Part shown: one piece after another, positions 1 through 12,464 of the stretch
Numbering within the stretch: the first letter of the stretch is position 1
Layout of the letters: every line of letters starts with the position of its first letter
Origin: Octopus vulgaris
Lineage: Eukaryota
Direction: 5' to 3'
Length of the DNA stretch: 64,000 nucleotides
Assembly: GCA_951406725.2 (NCBI GenBank)
Contig: OX597836.1
Span: 9,858,001 to 9,922,000, forward strand
Position numbers and translations under genes: made by a program
The notes under the pieces: generated by a model
What the model was told of the DNA's origin: nothing
The model's database searches: none
The model's input: only the letters and a program-made list of their open reading frames with translations

Positions 1-799
1 CTATCACCTCATCTCCCTAAACACCGGTAGCTATCTTAGCCTCACCTCAGCTGATAATTTGGCAAACTTGATAACATGAATCGTCACAAAAACAGAAACA
101 AAAAAATAAATAAATAAATAAATAAAAATAATGAATTTTATACAAAACACAGGTGCAAGGCATAGCTGTGTAGTTAAGAAGCTTGCTTTGTAACCATGAG
201 GTTCTGAGTTCAATCTCATTGTATGGTATTCTGGATAAATATTTTTTTAACACAGCCTTGAGCAGACGAATACCTAGTGAGTGAATTTAGTAGACAGACA
301 ACAAGCATGGCTGTGTGGTAAGAAGTTTGCTTCCCAACCACATGGCTCTGGGTTCAGTCCCATTGTGTGGCACCTAGGGCATGTATGTTCTACTATAGTC
401 CCGGGCTGACCAAAGCCTTGTGAGTGGATTTTGGTAATAGTAGTGATATAAAAGGCAGTGAAAGTATGTGGCCTAATGATTAAGGTGTTGCACTAATGAT
501 TAGCAAGGTCGTGGTTTCAATTCCCAGACCAGGTGGTGTGTTGTGCTCTTGAGCAAAACACTTTGTTTCATGTAACACTGTGATCACTTTGGCACCTGAT
601 GTGTGGGACACTGTGCACCTGTTCAGGTAATGTTGACTTGATGGAGAGAGGGAGCTAATGTACAAGACAAACATTTGATCACTATAAGCAAATCACCTGT
701 GGAGGTTGCACGGTAAGAAGTTGCTGAACCCTTACCTGTCATTTACAACAGGTGAGTCAACTCAGCTGAAAATGAGCACCAGCTGAATGTTGGGGCAAT

Positions 800-1197
800 C
801 CTTTTCTACTCTAGACACAAAGCCTGAAATTTTGGGGGAGAGGGCTAGTCAATTAGATTGACCCCAGTATACAACTGCTACTTAATTTATCGATCCTGAA
901 AGGGTGAAGGGCAAAGTCAACCTTGGCAGAATTAGAACTCAGAACGTAACAACAGACGAAATACCTATTTCTTTACTACTCTCAAGGGGCTAAACACAGA
1001 GGAGACAAACAAGGACAGACAAACGGATTAAGTCGATTACATTGACCCCAGTGCGTAACTGGTACTTATTTAATTGACCCTGAAAGGATGAAAGGCAAAG
1101 TTGACCTCAGCGGAATTTGAACTCACAACATAGCGACGGGTGAAATACAGCTAAGCATTTCGCCCGGCGTGCTAACATTTCTGCCAGCTTGCCGCCT
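800..1197 (-). mobile_element. SINE family A dimer
   Basis: Reverse complement of family A; junction gacgaaatacctatttctttact at ~955-978. Confidence 0.8.
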
Positions 1198-1466
1198 TTT
1201 GTTATATCCTGTATGTGTGTCTGGGTTAAAGTAAATGTGACTCTGGAGGGTGTCTATGCCTGTTTATGCACATGTTCCAGGAACCGCATGTGAATTTCTA
1301 TTCTCACTGAAACTCCGAGCATGAACACTTCAACAACAAATGACGGCCATGGCATCCATGCTATCCAACACACTTGTTCTTCCAGTGGGGGCATTTGTCA
1401 AAATTACAAACTGGATTTTTGGGCCACAGACAGAAACATCACTTTGCCTGCTGGAATGTTAGGGCT

Positions 1467-1774
1467 GTGGAGGCACATGGCCTAGTGGTTAGAGCAGCGG
1501 ACTCACGGTCAAGGGATCGCGGGTTCGAATCTCAGACCAGGCGATGTGTGTGCTTATGAGCGAAAACCTAAGCTCCACGTGGCTCCAGCAGAAGGTAATG
1601 GCCAACTTCTGCTGACTCTTTTGCCACAACCTTCTCTCACTCTATCCTCCTGCATCTTGCAGCTCACTTGCGATGGACTGGCATCCCGTCCAGATGGGGA
1701 ACCAATATGCCAAGGAAACCGGGAAACCGGCCCTTATGAGCCAGGTGTGGCTCAAGAAGGAACAAACAAACAAC
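1467..1774 (+). mobile_element. tRNA-derived SINE (family D), full length with TSD
   Basis: A box tggcctagtgg, B box ggttcgaatc, (AAC)-rich tail, 12-bp TSD AATGTTAGGGCT (1455-66 and 1775-86). Confidence 0.85.
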
Positions 1775-2721
1775 AATGTTAGGGCTAACTGTCAGTCATG
1801 GTTAGCATTTATAAGGAACATGGTGAACTCATTGATTCGAGCTTGCTTGACCCATCCTGCAAATACAGGTGAATACAATGCCACTGCAAATACAGGTGAA
1901 CAGTACACCTGTTTGCGACTACGCAAGCATCTAAAAGAACTAACAAAAGCATAGTGTATATTATGAAACTGTACTTGTTCATGGATGATGGCTAGCTCTT
2001 TAATATAATCTTTATTATTTTACTTGTTTCAGTCATTTGACTGTGGCCATGCTGGAGCACCGCCTTTAGTCGAGCAAATCAACCCCAGGACTTATTCTTT
2101 GTAAGCCCAGAACTTATTCTATCAGTCTCTTTTGCTGAACCGCTAAGTTACGGGGATGTAAACACACCACCATCGGTTGTCAAGCGATGTTGGGGGGACA
2201 AACACAGACACATAAACATATACATACACATATATACACATACACGACAGGCTTCTTTCAGTTTCCGTCTACCAAATCCACTCACAAGGCTTTGGTCGGC
2301 CCGAAGCTATAGTAGAAGACACTTGCCCACGAGGTGCCACGCAGTGGGACTGAACCCAGAACCATGTGGTTTGTAAGCAAGCTACTTACCAATATATTTC
2401 ATAGTCTTTCTTAAATCTTCAGATTTCTATGAAAATAAAGAACTGGTAGCCTGTTCTTCATATGATAATATGGAATAACATTCTCCTACAATTTCTACTT
2501 GATGTTTACCTGATATGGAATCTACAACATACGCCAGACATGTAAATTACTGAACAATATACATACATTCATGATACAGAATATATTAACAGCTGGGTGA
2601 GTTGTTACAACATGCTAATGTTTCTTGGTACTCTCGGCTGCATCAGAATGAATTAAACTCCAAACGTATTGACACCTGACATATTAAGTAGGCGAAATGG
2701 AGCATTAGCACTGTCTCAAAT

Positions 2722-2839
<118 letters not shown>

Positions 2840-3306
2840 GTTAGAGTTTCATTGATTACAAAGTTAATCAAAGTGTTGAGTGATAGATAACTTTGTCACA
2901 GGTAGAATACAGATTTATAAGGTAGGGAAGGATAGAGTACCGCTGGTGGTAGTAGTGGTGATTGATAGGGATAGAGATGATTGAAGGAGGATATAGATGA
3001 GTGAAGATGGATATAGTTGATTTAAGGAGGATGTAATGAGAATATCTGCCTCAAGAAATTCTGTCTAGCCCAGCCATGCAAGCATGGGAAAAGTGTATGT
3101 TAAATGATGATCAAAAGCTGTAAGGTTGTGGGGTTTCTTCTTTCCTCCCAGAACAACAGTAAGAAATTTGGATAGAAAATATCAAGGAGAAAACAGATTG
3201 AATGAAAATTAAAAGTAACACGATACAAGGGTGTCCATAAATTATCTTTACAATTTCAAGCTTGGAAGTGTGGAAGTTGTAAAGTTAATTTAACCCCAAC
3301 TCTTAA

Positions 3307-3525
3307 CCCTTTAGTGTTCAGATTATTCCATCAAACATAATGCTTATTGATTCCCATTGATTTGAATTAATCATGCATTATCTCATATCCTCAAGACCTT
3401 GATGGTGTAATTACTTAATGTAGAATAACATTGTAGGATAGGTGTGAGAACCTGGATCTGGTCAGTTTGAACATAAAACAGATTAAATATTTTGGCCGGA
3501 TATGGCCGGTTTAAATACTAAAGGG
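3307..3525. mobile_element. piggyBac-type (TTAA) MITE, complete
   Basis: TTAA|CCCTTTAG...CTAAAGGG|TTAA with TTAA at 3303-06 and 3526-29. Related copies at ~14635-15230 (split by a SINE), 18579-18633 and ~20045-20240 (reverse). Confidence 0.8.
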
Positions 3526-4048
3526 TTAAACTTGTTTTCAGGAAAAAAAAAAGTTCATAGCGAGTATGGCAGAGGTCAGATAAATTGAAAACACACACAC
3601 AAAGAAAACTTAATAATAAAAAAAAAAATAGAAACTAACTTATTACCAATTTTATCTAGTGAAATTAGCGATCAACGTATAAACTTGCTTTTTATAAGTA
3701 AAATAGAAATACAAAGACAAATATAAAAAAAAAAACTAAATACAAAAGCTAAGTTTATGGAGAGAAGATAGTGAAAAGGATTTATTTGATAGATTTAGGT
3801 GATTAAACAGAGACAATAACAGCATATGGTAGTAGAGACAGAAGTGAGCTCATACGCACAAACATACATGTGACGTCATTATAATTATAATAATAAATGC
3901 ACGAACATTTTCTTCCCATTAAAAAATTGCAAGAAAGTTTTCATTATCATGCATGACACCCTAACATTTGTTTTAGTCAGATATAGATTTCTATGTTATT
4001 TTTTTCAACGATCTATTTGAACTCAAATTTATATCTGTTAATAGAAAG

Positions 4049-4085
<37 letters not shown>

Positions 4086-4166
4086 ATTCTATGTTTGACT
4101 TTTGCTTTACACTTGTACAAGTTGGCTCCAAGTCTCACCCAGAGACTTCAAGAGACAACAAGTTAG

Positions 4167-4206
<40 letters not shown>

Positions 4207-5386
4207 TAGAGAGCTGGCAGAATCGTTAGTACGCTGGGCGAAATGCTTAGTGATATTTCGTCTGCTGCTACGTTCCAAGTTCAAATTCTGCCTAGGTCAA
4301 CTCTGCCTTTCATCCTTTTGGGGTCGATTAAATAAGTACCAGTTATGCACTGAGGTTCATGTAATTGACTTAATCCCTTCCCCCAAATTTGAGGCCTTGT
4401 GCTTCCTGTAGAAAGGATTATTATTATTATTATTACTACTACTACTAAAGTGGTTGGTATTAGGAAAGGCATCCAGCTGTAGAAACACCAGATCCGACTG
4501 GAGCCTGGTGCAGCCTCCTGGCTTCCCAGACCCCGGTCAAACCGTCCAACCCATGTTAGCTTGGAAAATGGACGTTAAATGATTATGATGATGATGCTCT
4601 GTGTTTCTTTCAATTCATTAGAAATATAACAAAGAAATTAGTAAAATAATGTAGCTATCATTCAGCTACTGTTAGGAACATAAATTGTGACTGAGGTTTG
4701 GTGGAAGATTTTAATTCAAAACTTATGAAAACAAGACATTTGTACTCAGAGCCAGAGCTGGTTTCAGCCAAGTTGGTAACGAAATGGTTAAATATCTCTA
4801 TTCCTATGCTGATAAGGCTTGACTCAGTCTGTTGTACAGCTTATAACCACTGCTACCCTAAGAGTGAACCAGAGCACAGCAAAGTAAAGTGCTTTGCTCA
4901 AGGACACAACATGCAACTGGGAATTGAACTCATAACATTACAATTGTCAACCAAATACCTTAACCAGTAAGCTCGCTACCTTCACAATTCCACAAAATGG
5001 AAATCATTTAATAACCAAGTCCAAATGTTACAAATGGAATGTCTTGTCCCAAGACGACCTAAAATACTTGAGGTAGAAATTTAATTCATTATAATACATG
5101 AAAATGTTGCTCTGTATCCTAACAAGTTTGCTATTAAATTTGAGATGAAAAATAAAGCAATAATGATTAATAAGAAGAAAAATTAAAGAAAATCCTGCAA
5201 ATATTCATCATGGCATTAGATGATGATTGCTTTATCAGTTAGTTCATAGAATTTGAAAAAAGAAAAAAAATTTAATATTTGACTGAAAGCAACACGACTG
5301 ATAAAATTTATTTTAATGCTTAAATAAAATTGAAATGTTAAAACCAAACAAAAAAAAAAAAAAAGAAAAGAAAAAAGAGCAAAACT

Positions 5387-5425
<39 letters not shown>

Positions 5426-6009
5426 CTGCCAAACCAATAAATATCTGATCTTTACTGTTCAGGTTTGGGAAAAACAATTTCTAGGGATATAAATGCTAGA
5501 ATGCCAAGAATCTTCTGGCAGCAATAAACACGAGGTATGATTAGAATAAAATTGAAAAACAAAAACACTGAATGAAACTTTTATAGGTGAGAGGGGGAAA
5601 GGTGTGTTTGATGTGGTGGGCAAAAACCAAAAATCTGCTATGAGTGGTGGTGGTGGTGGCGGTGTTCCTGCTGGGGGGTGGGGGGTGGGGGTGGGTGGGA
5701 GGTGGGGGTGGAGGTCGAGTTTAATCACTGATCCAGAAAGTCCATGGCATATGAATGTAAATTTGAAACGAAGTGTGGCATGGGAGATTAAAAAGATATG
5801 ACCTTCATACAAAAACTCTTGAGACAAGGTTTTCTAACAAAAACACTTTTCTGTAGACAGAGGGATAATTATGATGATGATGATGATGATGATTACTGAA
5901 ATTGTCAAAGCACATGCAATTAAAGAATGTCCTTTTAATTCTTTTACTCTTTTCCCTAACCCCAACCGTTCCTTCCTCTATCTTTTTCATTAATAATAAT
6001 TAATATTAG

Positions 6010-6600
6010 GGTGGTGAGCTGGCAGAAGCGTTAGCACGCCGGGTGAAATGCTTAACGGTATTTCGTCTGCTGTTACGTTCTGAGTTCAAATTCTGCCCAA
6101 GTCGACTTTGCCTTTCATCCTTTCGGGGTCGATTAAATAAGTACCAGTTACACACTGGGGTCAATATAAACGACTTAATCCATTTGTCTGTCCTTGTTTG
6201 TCCTCTCTGTGTTTAGCCCCTTGTGGGGAGTAAAGAAATAGGTATTTCATCTGCTGCTACGTTCTGAGTCCAAATTCCGCTGAGGTCAACTTTGCCTTTC
6301 ATCCTTTCGGGGTCGATATATTAAGTACCAGTTTCGCACTGGGGTCAATCTAATCGACTTAATCCCTTTGTCTGTCCTTGTTTGTCCCCTCTATGTTTAG
6401 CCCCTTTTGGGCAATAAAGAAATAGGTATTTTGTCTATCGTTACGTTCTGAGTTCAAATTCTGCTGAGGTCAACTTTGCCTTTCATCCTTTCGGGGTCGA
6501 TTAAATAAGTACCAGTTACACACTGGGGTCAATGTAATTAACTTAATCCCTTTGTCCTTGTTTGTTCCCTCAATGTTTAGCCCCCTGTGGGCAATAAATA
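6010..6600 (+). mobile_element. SINE family A (Meta-like domain) trimer
   Basis: Head ggtggtgagctggcagaa...gagttcaaat, core gcctttcatcctttcggggtcga...aagtaccag; three ~185-bp bodies joined by gaaata|ggtattt. Confidence 0.85.
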
Positions 6601-6695
6601 AATAAATAATAATTATAATGCTGATATCATTGTCATTGTTATTATTATCATTATAATTATTATTATTGTTGTTGTTATTATTGTTATCATTATTA

Positions 6696-6726
<31 letters not shown>

Positions 6727-8204
6727 TATCATTAAGGTGGCAAGCTGGCAGAATGGTTAGCATACCAGTCAAAATGCTTGTTGGCATTTCATCTGTCCTT
6801 ACATTCTGAGTTCAAATTCTGCTGGGCACAACTTTCATCCTTTCGGGGGTCAATAAAATAAGTAATCTCCCACCCCACAAATTTCAGGCCTTGTGCCCAA
6901 AGTAGAAAGGGTTACGATTATTATCATCATCATCATCATTCAAAACAGTTAAAGACATTGAAAGAGATGGCAGAGGTCAGATGTGCAGATGCTGGGTCTC
7001 GCAAGATAAGATTACAATGTAGGATCATGAAGATTCAGTGTGTTATATATGCTACAAACATAGCCAACCCTCTTGGAAAATTAACAATTAAAATAATGAT
7101 GATGATGATGATGATGATAAGATACACATTCAAAAGGTCAAGTTTTTCCTTTTTCGCTACTTGACTTTTAATATGATCAACAAAGTCTGGAGAGATAGTT
7201 AATTAAAGGAAATCTCGTCTCTTCTAGAATTCTTCCTCCTGAATGTGCCTCAGCACTAGGAGCCACCAAGGCACTTTTTTTCTTGTAATTGCTCAGCATG
7301 CTAGAAATGGCAGCTAAATCTGCTTTGAATTAAAGGGAAAAGGAGAAACTTCTCCAAGGTGCAAGTTGTGTATGGAAGACCAGTGGTCACCCATGCATAC
7401 CAGCCTCCCCTCGCATTGCCACTATTGCTATCCAAGGGAAAGGCAAAGGCCGATACATCTTGGTACTGGTGATGTTGCAACTTATTTCTACAGATGAGTG
7501 AACTGGAGCAACATGAAATAAAGAGTCTTGCTCAAGCACACAACACACAGCCCGGCCCAGGAATCAAACAAGCAGATCTGTGGCACTGAGAAGAGTATTT
7601 GCTGTAGCCCATCTTTTATACCAAGACAAAACAATGCAAATGATAACACTTCAAATTAGTTAAGATCAGAAGCCACGAGAGCCACTGCCTGGTACTGCAT
7701 TATTATTATTATTATTATTAAGGTGGTGAGCTGGCAGAATCGTTGGCACACTGGATGTAATGCTTAGTGGTATTTCGCCCTTCGCTATGTTCTGAGTTCA
7801 AATTCCACCAAGGTTGACTTTGCCTTTATTCTTTCAAGGTCGATAAAATAGTTGAACACTGGGGTCGATGTAATCGACTCATCCCCTCCCCCAAAATTGC
7901 TGCCCTTGCGGCAAAATCTGAAACCATTATTAGGGTGGTATGATGAGAGAATTGTTAATGCGTCGGATTCACTGTTTCATGACATTTCTTCCAAATTCTA
8001 CATTCTTAGCTCAAACACTGCTGAGATCAACATTACCTTTCCATTCATTTGGATCAATAAAATAATGTACCAGTCATGTACTGAGGTCAATGCCATCAAC
8101 TTGTGCCTCCTCTCAAAATTGCTGGCCTTGTGCCAAAATTAGAAAGAATTATAATTATTTCGGAATGAGATAAAGGCTGCTTACTGGAAAAAATAATGTT
8201 ATAG

Positions 8205-9280
8205 GTGCTGGAGTTGCTGTGTGGTAAGGTGGCGAGCTGACAGAAACCTTAGTACGCTGGGTGAAATGCTTAGCAGTATTTTGTCTACCGTTACGTTCGG
8301 AGTTCAAATTCCGCCAAGGTCGACTTTGCCTTTCATCCTTTCGGGGTCGATAAATTAAGTTCCAGTTGCAGGTTGATATAACCGATTTAATCCATTTGTC
8401 TGTCCTTGTTTGTCCCCATTTTGTAGCCCCTTGTGGGCAGTAGAGAAATAAGAAATGTTAGCATGCTGGGTGAAAGGCTTAGTTGTATTTCGTCAGCAGT
8501 TACGTTCAGAGTTCAAATTCCGCCAAGGTCGACTTTGCCTTTCATCCTTTCGGGGTTGATTAAATAAGTACCAGTTATACACTGGGGTCGATAGAATTGA
8601 CTTAATCCATTTGTCTGTCCTTGTTTTTCCCCTCTGTGTGTAGCCCCTTGTGGGCAATAAAGAAATAAGAAGCTTGCTTCCTAACAACGTGGTTCCAGGT
8701 TCACTCCCACTACATGACCCCTTGGGCAAGTATCTTCTGCCATAGCTTCAGGCCAACCAAAACCTTGTGAGTGGATTTGGTAGATGGAAACTGAAAGAAG
8801 CCCATCATCACATACATAGGGGTGTGTGTGTATGTATGTGTGTGTGTGTGTATATTTCTTTACTGCCCACAAGGGGCTAAACACAGAGGGGACAAACAAG
8901 GACAGATAAAGGGATTAAGTCGATTACATTGACCCTAGCGTGTAACTGGTACTTATTTAATCGACCCCGAAAGGATGAAAGGCAAAGTCGACCTCGGCGG
9001 AATTTGAACTCAGAACGTGTGTGTGTGTGTGTATATATATATATAATCTACGTGTATGTGGCTATGTGTCTGTGTTTGTTCCCCACCAGTGCTTGACAAC
9101 TGGTGTTGGTGTGTTTACACCCCTGTAACTTTGTGGTTCAGCAAATATGACTGATAGAATAGAATAAGTACTAGACTTTAAAAAAAATTACTGTGGTAGA
9201 TTCCTTCAAATAAAAATTCAAGACGGTGCTCCAGCATGGCCACAGTCAAATGACTGAAACAAGTAAAAAAGACAAAGGAC
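8205..9280 (+). mobile_element. SINE family B copy interrupted by a family A dimer (8228-8669, +) and a reversed family A fragment (8853-9017, -)
   Basis: The B head gctgtgtggtaag resumes as aagcttgcttcc at ~8670; the B tail tgactgaaacaagtaaaa lies at ~9250-9270. Confidence 0.8.
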
Positions 9281-9659
9281 ATACCACTAAATAAATAAAT
9301 AAATTATCATCTTTGATCTGAAAGAGAGTTCTTCACAGATTACTCAGGAAACACCTCGTTATAAACGATAATTACGATCTTGTCTGACACTAATTATAAT
9401 GATGCCAGCTGCCGCAATACTTCTTTCTAGACAATGCAGCACCCAGGGGCCCCGGAGTAAATATTTCTGAGCCTAACGTTTAAACCAACATTTTTGTAGA
9501 GTCTGCCCTTATCCTCATCATTTAGCATCCGTTTTCCATGTTAGCATGGGTCAGATGGTTCGATTGGAACTGGTCAGCCACCGACCTGCACCGGGCTACA
9601 AGCTGTTTTGGCTTGGTTTCAACTGCTAGATGCCCTTCCTAATGCCAACCACTCTCTAT

Positions 9660-10200
9660 TGTACTGGGTACCTCTCACGTGTCACTGGCATGGGTACCTC
9701 CTATAGTGTCACCAGCACGGATGACTCTTATATGTCATTGGCATGGGTGTGTCTCATGTGTCACCTGCACAGGTGTCTGCTACGTGTCACTGGCATGAGT
9801 ACCTCCCATGTGTCACTGGCACAGGTGCCTCATATGTCACTGGTACAGGTGCCTCCCATGTGTCATCTGTATGGGTGCTTCCATGTATCACCAGCACAAG
9901 TGCCTCCCACGTGTCACCAGCACAAGTTCCGCCCACGTGTCAACAGCATGAGTGCCTCTTATGGGTCACCAGCGCAGGCACCTTTTACATGTCACTAGCA
10001 CAGGTGCCTCATATGTCACAGGCACAGGTGTCCTTTATGTATCACAGGCATGGATGCCTTTTTTAATATGTCACAGGCACAGGTGCCCTCTGTGTCACAG
10101 GCACAGGTGTCTTTTACATGTCACAGGCACGACTGGTTTTACAGGTCTCCAGCATGAATATTTCCTACTTTTCACTGGCACATGTGCCCCTCACGGGCCA
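9660..10200. repeat. Degenerate ~27-bp minisatellite (gtcactggcacaggtgcctcc-atgt) expanded from a family E internal motif
   Basis: About 20 diverged units directly continuing a family E copy. Confidence 0.8.
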
Positions 10201-10742
10201 CCAGCCTGTGGATTTTGATAATAATCACGGAGGCAAATTGTACTATAAACTGCTGATGTTGAAAGTGAACATGGCTGTAACTCATTGGCTTTATATTTCA
10301 CATTTATTTGTATTCAGCGTTACACATCTTGAGACTTACAAGCCAAGCCATTTTCCATTAATAAAATAGAATTAAATTTTGAAAAGAAATCACACAAAAA
10401 GCTGTAGACAAAACCTATTATTTGTTTGAATATAATATACCTGAATAATTTTTGCTTAATTAAATACATAAATTATTACAGCTCATCATAAAGTCACCTA
10501 TATTAATTATAATTCTAAAGTAAATTTTATATTTCAACGAGAAATAAAGTTGAGAGCTTCTTGAGATATTATTATGTATTTACAAATCGTTAGACATGAA
10601 TAACAATAATATAAAAAAAAAAAATGGTAAAACTTTGGAATGAATTAGAATTTTGTGCTGCATTTCAAAATTTAGCAGCAGGGAAAAAATCAATTGCCAG
10701 AATTTTCAGAAGAAATGGTAAAAACATGTTTTTTCTCCTTAC

Positions 10743-10838
10743 AACATATTTCTTGTCTTTTTCCCAAGTTTGTGTGTCAGATATGCTAGCGCTGGTCGGG
10801 CTCAGATCTGACTTATTCGTTTCACTCCGATTTGGACT
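10743..10838 (-). CDS. Internal coding exon (96 nt, phase 0-0) of an unidentified minus-strand gene; SPNRSETNKSDLSPTSASISDTQTWEKDKKYV
   Basis: Minus strand reads tattatttttgatcttttccAG|AGTCCA...TATGTT|GTaagg: polypyrimidine acceptor, canonical donor, length divisible by 3, only one frame open, GC-richer than the unique AT-rich flanks. Protein not recognised. Confidence 0.7.
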
Positions 10839-11147
10839 CTGGAAAAGATCAAAAATAATACATTAATAAATATATAAATAGATAAATAAATAAATAAATA
10901 AAATAAAGATGAAAATTTGGAAATTGAGTTTAAGGATTTTTAATTAGGTAATGATCTAAATAAACAGTTTCAACAAGCATTTGTTTTCATAGCAGATTAT
11001 TACTTGAAAAATGATTAAGAGTTGGGGACAGGATGGGCATTTGGTTGTAAAAGTCCTACCTGAAATATAATCCTGCCTGGGCCATTCTAGCATAATAAAA
11101 CAAATGAGCAGCTATATGTATGTGTGAGTGGTTTGTGTGTGTGTGTG

Positions 11148-11181
<34 letters not shown>

Positions 11182-11184
<3 letters not shown>

Positions 11185-11917
11185 TTATATATATAAAACT
11201 GAGAATGTGTCTGTCTGTCTGTCTGTGTGTTTCCCTAAAACTTGAGAACTACACAACCAATTTCATTCAAATTTTACACATGCCTTACTTAGGGTCCATG
11301 TAGTTTCAGGGGCAAAAAAATGTTCAACTTCTTGCCTAGGGCGAGCCCATAGCAATATCATATCTTCTCCACTATTTCAGTATTACGTGTTAAAAGTGAA
11401 ACAAAAATACTTCTCTATTTTATGTCAGATGCTTTCACTTTAACAATAAAAATAATAATAACAATTGAATTATATGTAGTAAGTAATAATTAAAATCAAA
11501 CTAAAGTATAATATAATCATAACATATAAAAGTAAAAATAGCAATTGGTATAAAATTGCATCAATGATTTGAACTTGAGTAAATGGTTTCACATGAATGG
11601 GAATAAATTAAAAATAAAATTAGCGTGCAGAAATGGAATAGTCCAGATGGATAATAAAAAATTAAATTAAAGAAAAGACTATTGTCTATAAAGTATACAA
11701 CGTAGAGAAAAAAGAAGAGCTAACAATTCCAGTCTGTTATATATTTTGAGTATTGTTATCACTAGCGATATCAAGATATATCTTTGTATTTTGCATTTTA
11801 TGTGTAGATGTATATATATATATATATATAGATGTACATGTAATATGTACACATATATATACACATATATACATGCACTAGCACTATGACCCGGCAACGA
11901 CGGGTCTTTAATGCTAG
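11182..11917 (+). mobile_element. Non-autonomous Helitron
   Basis: A|TC 5' end, (CTGT)n near the 5' end, subterminal hairpin gacccg-gcaacga-cgggtc (11888-11906), CTAG|T 3' end, no TSD, inserted in a (TA)n tract. Confidence 0.85.
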
Positions 11918-12236
11918 TATATATATAATCTGCAGTCAGTTGTCACACAATGGCTCTTCATGGCTTTGGCATGATTTGATAAGCTTTCTCCATACTGGTT
12001 GGTCTTTTGCTTGAGTTTACTGTTTATTCTGCACCAAAGTTTAATATAGTGGCCATATTTGGGTTACCTGCCTTACTGGTGGTGTTGATGAGTGTAATAA
12101 GAGCAGCCCAGGGTTACATTATTAAAAGGGAGACAATCATTAGTGTGAAGGTTTTCTATTCATAAGTGCTTTCTACAATAGCCCTGGGCTGGTTAATACC
12201 TTGTGAATAAATTTGATAAACCAAGTGGAAGATCTT

Positions 12237-12280
<44 letters not shown>

Positions 12281-12432
12281 TCCTTCACCACAGCTTTCCA
12301 ACCAGTGTTGGTTTGTTCACATCTCTGTATCTTGGTAGTTTTGGCAACAAGTGCTTTCTACTATAGCCCTGCACTGATCAACACCTTGTGAATGAATTTC
12401 TAGAAATGGATGGAAAATGAGTGGAAGACATT

Positions 12433-12464
<32 letters not shown>

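Noticed and set aside
1320-1466. Possible LINE endonuclease start (FACWNVR)
   Set aside because: A single short motif with no downstream APE motifs visible after the SINE.
1467-1545. tRNA gene (also the heads at 37227 and 55095)
   Set aside because: A and B boxes are present, but they run into SINE bodies with tails or TSDs and lack a proper acceptor stem.
5463-5534. Plus-strand AG...GTATGA exon-like segment
   Set aside because: Stop codons in all three frames.
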